From: Escherichia phage vB_Ec-M-J
Sequence record: OQ718158.1
Length of the DNA: 64,000 nt
Reading direction: 5' to 3' (one strand)
In this document: positions 40,715 to 49,469 of the stretch, piece by piece
How the letters are laid out: each line of letters starts with the position of its first letter
Numbering within the stretch: the stretch's first letter is position 1
Program-made: the position numbers and the translations under genes
Notes under the pieces: model-generated
Told to the model about the DNA's origin: nothing
Seen by the model: only the letters and a program-made list of their open reading frames with translations
Databases searched by the model: none

Positions 40715-41822
40715 ATTTTATTTTAATGACGATGGTGAAAAAGTTTATTTCCACGAAGAACTTGGTATGCGTTTTGAATGGATGCACGCGGAAGACATTG
40801 AACAATTTTCTTGTGGAAAAACTGCCAAAGACCACGTTGATGACATAGAGGCATCATTCTATGATTTAGGAATAACTGATATCACAATTTTGGGTATTGG
40901 TGTGTCAAACGCAGCTGAATTTGGTATTTCTGGAAATTCACATGCTAAAATCGTCTTAAAAAAAGACGATATCATCTATAATAATTATAAAATAACTGCT
41001 TTTAAAACAAAGCTTAATAAGTTGTCAGAAGGTGATGGTATTAAGTTATCTTTTTCATACACAAATGATAATTATTACTATTACGTAACCAAACTTGCAA
41101 AATTACAATCTAAAAACTGTCATATACATCCAAATGAAATAATTGATAATGGAATTTCATCTAAAATAAAATTCACATATAGTGATGGTGTAACTGTACC
41201 TAGAAGAATAAATGATATATTGACAAAAACTAAAATTAATGTGAGTTATTTTGTAGATGATGATATTAGAGATGGGGTAGCTTTAAATCGATGTAGAGAA
41301 TTGAAATATCATTTTCAGTCTATTTACAAGCATGAGAATGGACGATACTTTGTAAAATATGAGTGTACTAGAGGTCATCAATGTGATCAAGACTATCATG
41401 CATTTACTGGTACAGCGAAGCAATCATGTGGTGTGTGTTCTAAACTTAAGACACACTCATATGGTCATAATGATACCATGAAATTTTTAAGGAATTTGCA
41501 TATTACAATAACGGAAAAAACTTTCAATGATTTGAAAGATAAAATGAAACTTCCATATGATTTTTATGTGAAAGATTTAAATGCGTTGATAGAATATGAC
41601 GGTAGTGATCATTTTAAAAATAAGTCATCTCGAAACAATTTTATTGATCGTCAGAAGAAAGATAAAATGAAAACGGAGTACGCAATCAACAATGGATATA
41701 ACTTCCTACGAATTGCATATTATGAAGGTCATCTTGAAGTACTGGAATCTTTCCTGAAACTCATCGAAGAGAACCCAGGAAAGCAAATCGTACAGATTTA
41801 TGGTGATGTGAAAATCATCTAA
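40707..41822 (+). CDS. putative nuclease with C-terminal Vsr/DUF559-like domain
   Basis: C-terminal ALIEYDGSDHF...RQKKD...NGYNFLRI pattern plus internal Cys cluster; family assignment from memory. Confidence 0.4.
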   Translation: MYKFYFNDDGEKVYFHEELGMRFEWMHAEDIEQFSCGKTAKDHVDDIEASFYDLGITDITILGIGVSNAAEFGISGNSHAKIVLKKDDIIYNNYKITAFKTKLNKLSEGDGIKLSFSYTNDNYYYYVTKLAKLQSKNCHIHPNEIIDNGISSKIKFTYSDGVTVPRRINDILTKTKINVSYFVDDDIRDGVALNRCRELKYHFQSIYKHENGRYFVKYECTRGHQCDQDYHAFTGTAKQSCGVCSKLKTHSYGHNDTMKFLRNLHITITEKTFNDLKDKMKLPYDFYVKDLNALIEYDGSDHFKNKSSRNNFIDRQKKDKMKTEYAINNGYNFLRIAYYEGHLEVLESFLKLIEENPGKQIVQIYGDVKII

Positions 41823-41829
41823 AACAAAA

Positions 41830-41862
41830 AGGGTTGACTTCGGTCAGCCCTTTTTGCTATAA
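41830..41862 (+). promoter_or_regulatory. PeSL-like promoter/UUCG-hairpin cassette
   Basis: gggTTGACTtcggtcagccc hairpin, T-run, TATAAT, leader catttcatcaactgatgagg. Confidence 0.65.
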
Positions 41863-41891
41863 TCATTTCATCAACTGATGAGGATAACGAA

Positions 41892-42662
41892 ATGACCAGA
41901 GAAGCACGTAGCATTCAAATCCAGAAAAACTTCAACTCCATGATGGTTGCTCTTGAGTGTTTGCTCGACGATAACAGTACTGTAAAAAGTATGGTTGTCA
42001 GCGGTGCACCTGGTGTTGGTAAGACTTACACCCTGTCACAACGCCTCCAGAAAGCTCATGACGCAGCAGAATGGAACGTAGCTACTATCAGTGGTAAGAT
42101 GACTACTCTTGCTCTGTACGAAGTTCTGTACAAGAATCGTCACAGCACTAACGTATTAGTACTGGATGATATGGACAGCATCTTTGATTCAGAAGACGGT
42201 ATGAACCTGCTCAAAGCAGTACTGGACAGCGGTAAACGTACTGTGTCTTACATGACTAGCTCTAAGTACTTAACTACCAACGGTATCCCTAACAGCTTTG
42301 ATTTTAACGGTCGTATCGTATTCATTACTAACAAAGATTTAGCACTGAATGCTAAAGCTAAAACCAAAATGTCTGCTCACTATGCTGCTCTTATGTCTCG
42401 CTCTGTGTATGTTGACTTACAGATCCAGACTAAAAGCGATATCATGATTCACATTGAAAACGTAATGAACAAGACCAACATCCTGTCAACTAAAGGTGTT
42501 AATAGTAATGGTAGCAAAGCAATCCTGAATTGGATGCTGAAACATGAAGATGCACTTCGTGCCCCTTCACTGCGTATGCCTCTGTTGATTTCAGCAGTAT
42601 ACAACAACAACCCGTATGATTGGGAAGAGCAGTGCGAAAACTTGTTCCTTGAGAAAATTTAA
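41892..42662 (+). CDS. P-loop NTPase (AAA-like ATPase)
   Basis: Walker A SGAPGVGKT, Walker B VLVLDDMD, sensor-like RIVFITN. Confidence 0.65.
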   Translation: MTREARSIQIQKNFNSMMVALECLLDDNSTVKSMVVSGAPGVGKTYTLSQRLQKAHDAAEWNVATISGKMTTLALYEVLYKNRHSTNVLVLDDMDSIFDSEDGMNLLKAVLDSGKRTVSYMTSSKYLTTNGIPNSFDFNGRIVFITNKDLALNAKAKTKMSAHYAALMSRSVYVDLQIQTKSDIMIHIENVMNKTNILSTKGVNSNGSKAILNWMLKHEDALRAPSLRMPLLISAVYNNNPYDWEEQCENLFLEKI

Positions 42663-42729
42663 TTACATGTATTGACAGCACTACACTATGGTAGTACTAT
42701 AACTTAATATTCACCACCGGAGATACGAT

Positions 42730-43068
42730 ATGCTTGAGTTTTTTAATTCAGATACAATGCTTAGTATTACTTTGATTTATCTGTTTGGTTTTTTCTTTTA
42801 TCATGCACTAGTTGTAGTACTATGGTATTTTAAAAAGAAAATTGTTTTCAAACTGTATCCTGATGGAAATATTTCACTACTTCTTTTCACTATTATCCAA
42901 GGTATGTTTGCAATTGTTGGTCTTATCGCACACTTAATTTATTGTGCTAATCCACAGTTGAACTCAATATCACAATATATTGTTTTCCTTGGATTACTAA
43001 TTTGGGTGCTGATATACTTGTTTAATCTCATCATTAATGGTAGAGCAAAAATTCGTGGGGACTTCTAA
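42730..43068 (+). CDS. small 3-TM membrane protein, family copy D
   Basis: GGAGA SD; three hydrophobic helices. Confidence 0.6.
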   Translation: MLEFFNSDTMLSITLIYLFGFFFYHALVVVLWYFKKKIVFKLYPDGNISLLLFTIIQGMFAIVGLIAHLIYCANPQLNSISQYIVFLGLLIWVLIYLFNLIINGRAKIRGDF

Positions 43069-43415
43069 TGTTTGAATCTTATCTTGAGTTTTTAAAGAGT
43101 AGTTCTGTTGCACATTCAATTGCAGGGATTATTCTAACAGGTTATGTAACATTTTGGGTAGTTATGTTTCTAGGATGGTATTTTAAACGACAATTCTATA
43201 AGCGTAATGGTGAAGATTTTATGAATTCTTTCATTAATCAATCGTTGTTTGCATCAACATTGATAGCATGTATTGTAGCAACACTCACAGGAAAGGTACT
43301 GCCAGCATTCTCCGCAGTTTACGGTACATTGGGTATGATATGTGTAGTTTTTTACTTGACCATTAAACTTTGTTGTGTTATGATTGAACTTCGAAACAAG
43401 ATACCGGAGGAATGA
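43068..43415 (+). CDS. small 3-TM membrane protein, family copy E
   Basis: TAATG coupling; C-terminal ELRNKIPEE. Confidence 0.6.
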   Translation: MFESYLEFLKSSSVAHSIAGIILTGYVTFWVVMFLGWYFKRQFYKRNGEDFMNSFINQSLFASTLIACIVATLTGKVLPAFSAVYGTLGMICVVFYLTIKLCCVMIELRNKIPEE

Positions 43416-43750
43416 TGGAATATTTTTTACACTTACTGCCGTGGTATATGAAAGTTAGTACTATGTACTATATTCTTAGTGCTGGATTCTACTTTCTGAT
43501 GTGGTTCTTCAAACGACCAATTTCAGTATTCATCTCTGATAACATGCTGCAATTAAAATTACACGCATGGTTTTTTATGGCGATGTTTATGCCTATTATT
43601 CACTACTCAATGATTAGTAGAGGTTTACGTTCTAATGGTGAACCAATTATATTAGTATTCTATTGGGGTTCAACTATTGCATATGTAAGTTTGTTGTTGA
43701 TCCCAGCCGTTCATAAATTGCGTTCTAAAGTTCCTGATGCGAGGTACTAA
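43412..43750 (+). CDS. small 3-TM membrane protein, family copy F
   Basis: ATGA coupling; C-terminal HKLRSKVPDARY. Confidence 0.6.
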   Translation: MMEYFLHLLPWYMKVSTMYYILSAGFYFLMWFFKRPISVFISDNMLQLKLHAWFFMAMFMPIIHYSMISRGLRSNGEPIILVFYWGSTIAYVSLLLIPAVHKLRSKVPDARY

Positions 43751-44064
43751 TGGATATCGTAACATTGATTTACACGTTGTATTCATTCTATTTTATTATG
43801 TGTTGGGTTGGATTTTTATTTGTACTGAAAATGTTTGATTATGTTGAAAAACAGATAAAAGAATTTTGTATTCCTTTTATTGGGTCAACCATAATTAGTA
43901 TTACTTGTTTGTATTATTTGGTATGTGATCCACCTGTTAATACAGCAATGATTGACTTCATGTTATTACCAACAACTGTTATTTTTTTATGTAGTCTGAT
44001 GCCACCGATTAGTCGTGGGCTAACCGAATTTAGACGCAATCAAAAGCGTAAACGAGGGATGTGA
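43750..44064 (+). CDS. small membrane protein, family copy G
   Basis: TAATG coupling; basic C-terminus. Confidence 0.55.
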   Translation: MDIVTLIYTLYSFYFIMCWVGFLFVLKMFDYVEKQIKEFCIPFIGSTIISITCLYYLVCDPPVNTAMIDFMLLPTTVIFLCSLMPPISRGLTEFRRNQKRKRGM

Positions 44065-44432
44065 TGGAAATTGCACTTATTATATTAACTGCTATGTTGT
44101 TTATTAGTACAATTGTTATTATTGGCAAGTTCTTCTGTGTATCCTTCTTGGAAACCGTATACGATGAAATTGCTGATGATTATGAATTACATGCGGGATT
44201 TTTTACTACGTATTGGATTAGTTTATTACTACTTATCACTGTATGGATTTTACATATATTCAAATGGGGTATGGTAGATGGTGATCCAGTACTGGCAATT
44301 ATCTGTGTAGTGTTTGGTCTACTCGGTGGTGCTGTCCATAATCTGATGGTAATTTGGCAAACCGTACAATATGTATTAGTTCCACATTTTCAGAGAATGC
44401 ACCAAAGCATCAAATACCGCAAACGAGGATAA
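44061..44432 (+). CDS. small membrane protein, family copy H
   Basis: ATGA coupling; basic C-terminus. Confidence 0.55.
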   Translation: MMEIALIILTAMLFISTIVIIGKFFCVSFLETVYDEIADDYELHAGFFTTYWISLLLLITVWILHIFKWGMVDGDPVLAIICVVFGLLGGAVHNLMVIWQTVQYVLVPHFQRMHQSIKYRKRG

Positions 44433-44433
44433 C

Positions 44434-44796
44434 ATGAATAATATTGAATTATCTTTTATTGGTCAATTAATGGTAATGGCGTATACATTTATCTTCTCAC
44501 TGAATGCATTCGTGTGCATTGGGAAGTACTTCCATAAGCGACCATTATCAAATATATATGATGTAATACAAAGGAGATATAGTCCAGCATATACTGTGTT
44601 GAGTACAGCATTCAATTTTGGTTTTATTCTAATGCTGGTTGCATTATTAACATCGAGTTCGAATTTTATAACATTTGGTATTATGGTATGTTCACTAACA
44701 CTGTGTGTGGTTATTCTCTGTGCATCAGTTGAGTTGATGGCGTGGATGTATAATAAGATTTCCGAAATCCATGAGCGTTTAGGTAAGAGGAACTAA
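44434..44796 (+). CDS. small membrane protein, family copy I
   Basis: GAGGA SD; basic C-terminus. Confidence 0.55.
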   Translation: MNNIELSFIGQLMVMAYTFIFSLNAFVCIGKYFHKRPLSNIYDVIQRRYSPAYTVLSTAFNFGFILMLVALLTSSSNFITFGIMVCSLTLCVVILCASVELMAWMYNKISEIHERLGKRN

Positions 44797-44797
44797 A

Positions 44798-45169
44798 ATG
44801 AGTTATCGTGAAATATTTTCGATCATTACTATTATTGTGTTTAGTTTAGGTTCTTTGATTTGGTTATTGTATTACTTCTGTGTAACCCCAGTATATAATA
44901 TGCTAAATTCAGTACGCTCTGATGTTGGTATTGTTTCTTTTATTATCTTCATGGCATATTATATGCTAAGTATCACAGGTTTGGTTTTGGTTGTTATCTT
45001 TGACCTTGGACCGAATCAAGATGGTATGGAGGTGTGGGAATTGATAACGATGTTTGCATGTATGATACCTGCATTTGGTGTATGTGCTGGTGTATTTTAT
45101 GGGTTATGTAAAGGTGTGAACTACTTAAAAAATATCCACAATACTATTCGTAAAAAACGTATGTTATAA
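44798..45169 (+). CDS. small membrane protein, family copy J
   Basis: AGAGGAA SD; basic C-terminus. Confidence 0.55.
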   Translation: MSYREIFSIITIIVFSLGSLIWLLYYFCVTPVYNMLNSVRSDVGIVSFIIFMAYYMLSITGLVLVVIFDLGPNQDGMEVWELITMFACMIPAFGVCAGVFYGLCKGVNYLKNIHNTIRKKRML

Positions 45170-45172
45170 TAA

Positions 45173-45205
45173 AAAATCCAGTACTATAATAGTACTGGAT
45201 TAATT
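45173..45205. terminator. bidirectional terminator between convergent blocks
   Basis: ccagtactataatagtactgg palindromic hairpin flanked by A/T runs. Confidence 0.6.
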
Positions 45206-46330
45206 TTAATTATCTAAGCCACCAATTACACTGAACTGTGTGGTAACGTCTGAACTATTATCTATGTAAGTTCTTCGACCAACATAATATAGTTGTCCTT
45301 TTGCTTGAATAAAAGTTACGGTCCCTGTATTGAATGTTATAATATCATTGTATGTAATGTCAGGTGGTAGTGCTGCTGATAATGCAGTAACAGCACTTAA
45401 TGCAGCACTAGCACTACCATTTATACCAGCAGCAATACTACCAGTACCATAGAACTTATTATCTTTACCAATGAATACGTTGGCTGATGCTTGTGTAGCT
45501 GATGTTATTGCCTTACCAATTTGGAATGCGGTTCCTATGGTGTATGGTGTGCTCCTGGCTGCGTCTATGCTTTGTGTATATCCATCCCCTAGCTGACCAT
45601 TAACTTTGTCACCACATGAGTATAGAGTACCATTGAGGCTGTATATGATCCCACGGTTAGAGAAGCTAACAGCTTCTGCATTAGTCCATACTGGTGCGGT
45701 GTATGAGTTTACACGACTAGCGGTAGTTCCTAGACCTAGTATACCATATGTGTTATCACCACATCCAAACCATTGTCCAGAACTGTTTTGATAGAACACT
45801 GAACGTTCTGTTGATTCCATGCGTACAGCATCCACAGCACCACTTTTAACGAACGAAGTGGATGAGGATGTAGTACCAGTACCCAATGCACCATAAGTGT
45901 TTGTACCAATCGCATAGATTGATCCTAGTGGTGTCATAACACGTATGCAGTTATATCCCAATTGAACTTTACATTCAAATAGGTTGTCCCATATTTCAGG
46001 AACAGCAGAAAATAAATTTGTAATTTCGAACCATGATGTTGTCGAACCAGTTAATCCTATACTGCTTTTGTTTCCTAAAATGAAAACAGTTTTGTCCTTC
46101 TTAATTATCCATGATGATAGAAAGCCTATCTCACAGCTATGAACATTTGATTCGATTTGGGTAATATAATACTTAACGGTGTTATCACCCATAAATGCCG
46201 CAGCACCAGATGCAAAAAGGTTTCCAGTTTGTTTATTTAAAATGTAGTTATTGTTTCCATATACACTAACATCATAAGAACTTTCTTGTTTTTCGTTCCC
46301 ATAATCAAATAACAATACGAAAGGTAACAT
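45206..46330 (-). CDS. MLPF-family beta-propeller protein, paralog 1 of 15
   Basis: N-terminus MLPFVLLFDYGNE; RCC1-like blade CGDKVNGQLGDG; AAGGAG SD. Confidence 0.7.
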   Translation of the reverse strand: MLPFVLLFDYGNEKQESSYDVSVYGNNNYILNKQTGNLFASGAAAFMGDNTVKYYITQIESNVHSCEIGFLSSWIIKKDKTVFILGNKSSIGLTGSTTSWFEITNLFSAVPEIWDNLFECKVQLGYNCIRVMTPLGSIYAIGTNTYGALGTGTTSSSTSFVKSGAVDAVRMESTERSVFYQNSSGQWFGCGDNTYGILGLGTTASRVNSYTAPVWTNAEAVSFSNRGIIYSLNGTLYSCGDKVNGQLGDGYTQSIDAARSTPYTIGTAFQIGKAITSATQASANVFIGKDNKFYGTGSIAAGINGSASAALSAVTALSAALPPDITYNDIITFNTGTVTFIQAKGQLYYVGRRTYIDNSSDVTTQFSVIGGLDN

Positions 46331-46407
46331 GATAAAATCTCCTTGTGTTATACTTTATTTAATCATTTTATAATGTACAATTTTACAGCGATTTAATTGA
46401 GGTACTC
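46331..46407. promoter_or_regulatory. divergent promoter region
   Basis: A/T-rich 77-nt spacer between divergent starts, SD on each side. Confidence 0.4.
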
Positions 46408-47058
46408 ATGAATAAAAGAAGTAAGTTCTATCAAGAATATTTCACTAAACAGAAACGATTCACAAAAAAATACTTTACATCATCCCACCGACCAGTTGCA
46501 AGTTACAAACGTCCTAATACTAACTATCTTACTGGTGGCAAGTTTAGTGCAAAGTTCGAATTACTTATGCGTGAAAAGAATATCAAGATGCATTACGCAG
46601 AGACAAGAAAAAACTCATCAATTATTTGTTCTGATTTTCTTGAGTACGGTTGCTTAACTTATAAATTCAATGATGTATATTTGTATATTGATGTTGATTG
46701 TAACAGTACTCGTATGTTTGAGATTTCAATTCACCCAAATCACAACCGTTATATAAACATTAACTTGGTTGATAAAGTACTGATTGGTATATCTAGTACT
46801 GATGGTGGTGGATTTGAATTTATTGCTTCAAAATATGATGAAGATTTCGTACTTTACCCAGTACTTGATGATGTGAAAGATATTCTCAATTCATTAAAAG
46901 GAAGTCAATACAAATTATCTGAAGAACAGCTATTTCAGTACTCACTTATTCATGATGATATCGAGATATACTTAGAGTGTGCGAGAATCTTGGAGTATCT
47001 TTATAATGAACTAACAACAACTGGTAAAGTGACAGCATTCACATTATATAATATGTAA
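46408..47058 (+). CDS. hypothetical protein (EE-FQ motif family) embedded in the minus-strand array
   Basis: GAGG SD; SEEQLFQYSLIHDD motif. Confidence 0.6.
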   Translation: MNKRSKFYQEYFTKQKRFTKKYFTSSHRPVASYKRPNTNYLTGGKFSAKFELLMREKNIKMHYAETRKNSSIICSDFLEYGCLTYKFNDVYLYIDVDCNSTRMFEISIHPNHNRYININLVDKVLIGISSTDGGGFEFIASKYDEDFVLYPVLDDVKDILNSLKGSQYKLSEEQLFQYSLIHDDIEIYLECARILEYLYNELTTTGKVTAFTLYNM

Positions 47059-47091
47059 AAGAAAAAGCCAGTACATAGTACTGGCTTTATA
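47059..47091. terminator. bidirectional terminator
   Basis: gccagtacatagtactggc hairpin flanked by A-run and T-run. Confidence 0.6.
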
Positions 47092-48225
47092 TTAAACTGG
47101 TGGAGAATTATATGGCTCAAATTTATAAGTTGTCGTAGCAGTACCAGCAATGGCGTTGTTAGCTAGTATGTACATAGTCCTATAGTCGATTACTACCACA
47201 GTAATACTACCACCAAAAGCATAGTCTGTTATGTTATTAGTGTTGAATGGTAAATTAGATGAACTGGTCCATGTATTAGCTGTTGTGCTATTTGTACCAT
47301 TGGAATAGCCGACACTAGATGCACCAGTTGTCCATAAGTTTCCATCATTGAACAACGATACATGGTTAGCTGTATATGATTTATTAGGTATAGAACTATC
47401 AATTGGCGTATTCCAAACTTTAGTAACCCATGTTGTGACGGCTGTATTATTAGTAACACCATTACCTAACGAACCATTTATTGGTATACCTCTTATATAA
47501 GAAGTGTTAGTACTAGGGTCAACATATCCAAATGTATATGTATCAAATGCAAATTGAAAACAATCAGAACTCGGTAATGTGTACAGTAATGTATATGAAG
47601 ACGTGATTATTGATGAATTTGTACCGTTCACGCCTTGGTATAAAATACCACTACCCAATATTTGATTATTATTTTTTGTTATAGCAGTCATAGATGGATA
47701 TGTTTTTACTTCACGCACATCATTAGTTACATATGTTTGTGTTGATAATGCAACATTACTACCATTACCAATAACACCTGTATTTGCACCGCTTCCATAA
47801 AGTGAACCATCATTCAAAAGTACCATTGTGGCATTACTATTTCCAGTAATTGTTTTAATATTACTAACATCCACCGCAGCAAATACAGTTGATGTTAAAT
47901 CAGTGAAACGTGTATAATGTGATGTTGTGCCATTGATTGGTGTCGCAAAACCAGAATACAAAATTCTATTTTCTTTGGTAATAAGGAATGTTCCAGTAAC
48001 ACCGTTTGAATGGATATCAATAATATTATCGCCCATTAATACCCAATCACTTACGAATGTTGTACCAGCACCCAACCCATATGTCGTATTGTATCCACGT
48101 CCATACACTCTACCATCACTGAGTAATGTTACCACACATTGACCACCACCACCAAGGATAACTTTTTGGATAGTACTCTTTACTTTTATATTCCCGTACT
48201 TAACCATTCTTGCAAAAGGTAACAT
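47092..48225 (-). CDS. MLPF-family beta-propeller protein, paralog 2
   Basis: MLPFARMVKYGNIKV; Gly/Thr/Asn-rich body; conserved upstream box. Confidence 0.7.
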   Translation of the reverse strand: MLPFARMVKYGNIKVKSTIQKVILGGGGQCVVTLLSDGRVYGRGYNTTYGLGAGTTFVSDWVLMGDNIIDIHSNGVTGTFLITKENRILYSGFATPINGTTSHYTRFTDLTSTVFAAVDVSNIKTITGNSNATMVLLNDGSLYGSGANTGVIGNGSNVALSTQTYVTNDVREVKTYPSMTAITKNNNQILGSGILYQGVNGTNSSIITSSYTLLYTLPSSDCFQFAFDTYTFGYVDPSTNTSYIRGIPINGSLGNGVTNNTAVTTWVTKVWNTPIDSSIPNKSYTANHVSLFNDGNLWTTGASSVGYSNGTNSTTANTWTSSSNLPFNTNNITDYAFGGSITVVVIDYRTMYILANNAIAGTATTTYKFEPYNSPPV

Positions 48226-48295
48226 AATTCCCTCCTTTATTCTTTATACTATATTTAATCAAAAAGAAAAGCCAGTACTCTGTACTGGCATTATT
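48226..48295 (-). promoter_or_regulatory. array intergenic module: hairpin terminator plus conserved TATAA/SD box
   Basis: Minus-sense gccagtacagagtactggc-TTTTCTTTTTGATTAAATATAGTATAAAGAATAAAGGAGGGAATT-ATG. Confidence 0.55.
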
Positions 48296-49456
48296 TTAAA
48301 TTGGTGAATCTTCAACAAATATAGTACTAGCAGTACCACCAGATACTAGGTTAGTACCACTTGAATATATTTTGTTTCCATCTGTCATATATGTTTTACC
48401 ATAGCAACTTTGGATTTTAACATCTTTGAAATTCAAATCAGGAGTAATAGATTTAGTGTAAGTTAATACGTTAGTAGTTGAACCTGTACTTAATTGTCCA
48501 TAGTATGAAGTCGCTGAGTTATTACCAGCAACGTATACACCTGTGTCAGTAATAACAAAGTTAGAGTAATATCCGTACCCATATCCTATATCTAATATAT
48601 TTCCTTGTGGTTGATTTGCCACAACAGTTGTCAATATGTTGGTTGATGCTGCTGTATTAGTAGCAGCCTGTCCATATGATTGGTCACCACCAGTATACAC
48701 AGTAACAACAGACGTACTATTGTTTCTAGCAATACCTTGAACCATACCATTAACAGTACTTATAAATGCTATAGTACTAACAGTTGCTGGTAATCTATCT
48801 GATAATGCGAATACATTATAAAAACTCACGGTTGAAGTACTGTTAGTATCACCCTTAACTTCACCTGTGTAATATAGTCTACCACTTTCGGCAATAAACG
48901 AACACATGTTTATACCTGCAATAATCCTTTTCGGAACCGCACCACTTGGTATAATTGATTGTACTAAAGTAGAGAAACTGTTAGAATAAGAAGCATTCCC
49001 AAGCTGCCCTCCTGTGTTATAACCACCACTCCAAATTGTCCCATTACTCATAAGTATTGAAATGAAGTTATTCCCTAGTGATATTTCTGAAATTGTTCCT
49101 TGGGAATTAACTTGATTAATAACAGTTTGCATAGAAGTCCATGCATTAACAGATGATGTACCCATACACACATTGTATTGTCGCCCTGTGTATTGATATG
49201 TACCATCTGATTTGTGAATCATTGTAGCATACTGACCACACCATACATCAATGACATCCGATGCAGTTACTGTCCATGATGTTCTGGTTGTATTGTCTCC
49301 TAAACCCAACTGACCACTTGAATTGGAACCACGGGTATATAATTTACCATTACTACCCAATACCATAACCCAGTTATACCCTGCAACTAATTTTTTAATG
49401 GCAGCAGGGGATGGTGCAATGTTCCCGTAATCAAACAATCTTACAAAAGGTAACAT
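48296..49456 (-). CDS. MLPF-family beta-propeller protein, paralog 3
   Basis: Start set at MLPFVRLFDYGN (track ORF extends 13 codons upstream); GQLGLGDNTT and GGQLGN blades; AAGGAG SD. Confidence 0.7.
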   Translation of the reverse strand: MLPFVRLFDYGNIAPSPAAIKKLVAGYNWVMVLGSNGKLYTRGSNSSGQLGLGDNTTRTSWTVTASDVIDVWCGQYATMIHKSDGTYQYTGRQYNVCMGTSSVNAWTSMQTVINQVNSQGTISEISLGNNFISILMSNGTIWSGGYNTGGQLGNASYSNSFSTLVQSIIPSGAVPKRIIAGINMCSFIAESGRLYYTGEVKGDTNSTSTVSFYNVFALSDRLPATVSTIAFISTVNGMVQGIARNNSTSVVTVYTGGDQSYGQAATNTAASTNILTTVVANQPQGNILDIGYGYGYYSNFVITDTGVYVAGNNSATSYYGQLSTGSTTNVLTYTKSITPDLNFKDVKIQSCYGKTYMTDGNKIYSSGTNLVSGGTASTIFVEDSPI

Positions 49457-49469
49457 TTTTTTCTCCTTA

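Noticed and set aside
27681-41862. PeSL-like repeats as a possible CRISPR array or transposon inverted repeats
   Set aside because: Copies are in direct orientation, separated by whole genes of variable length, and carry clear promoter and terminator features; no transposase or integrase is present.
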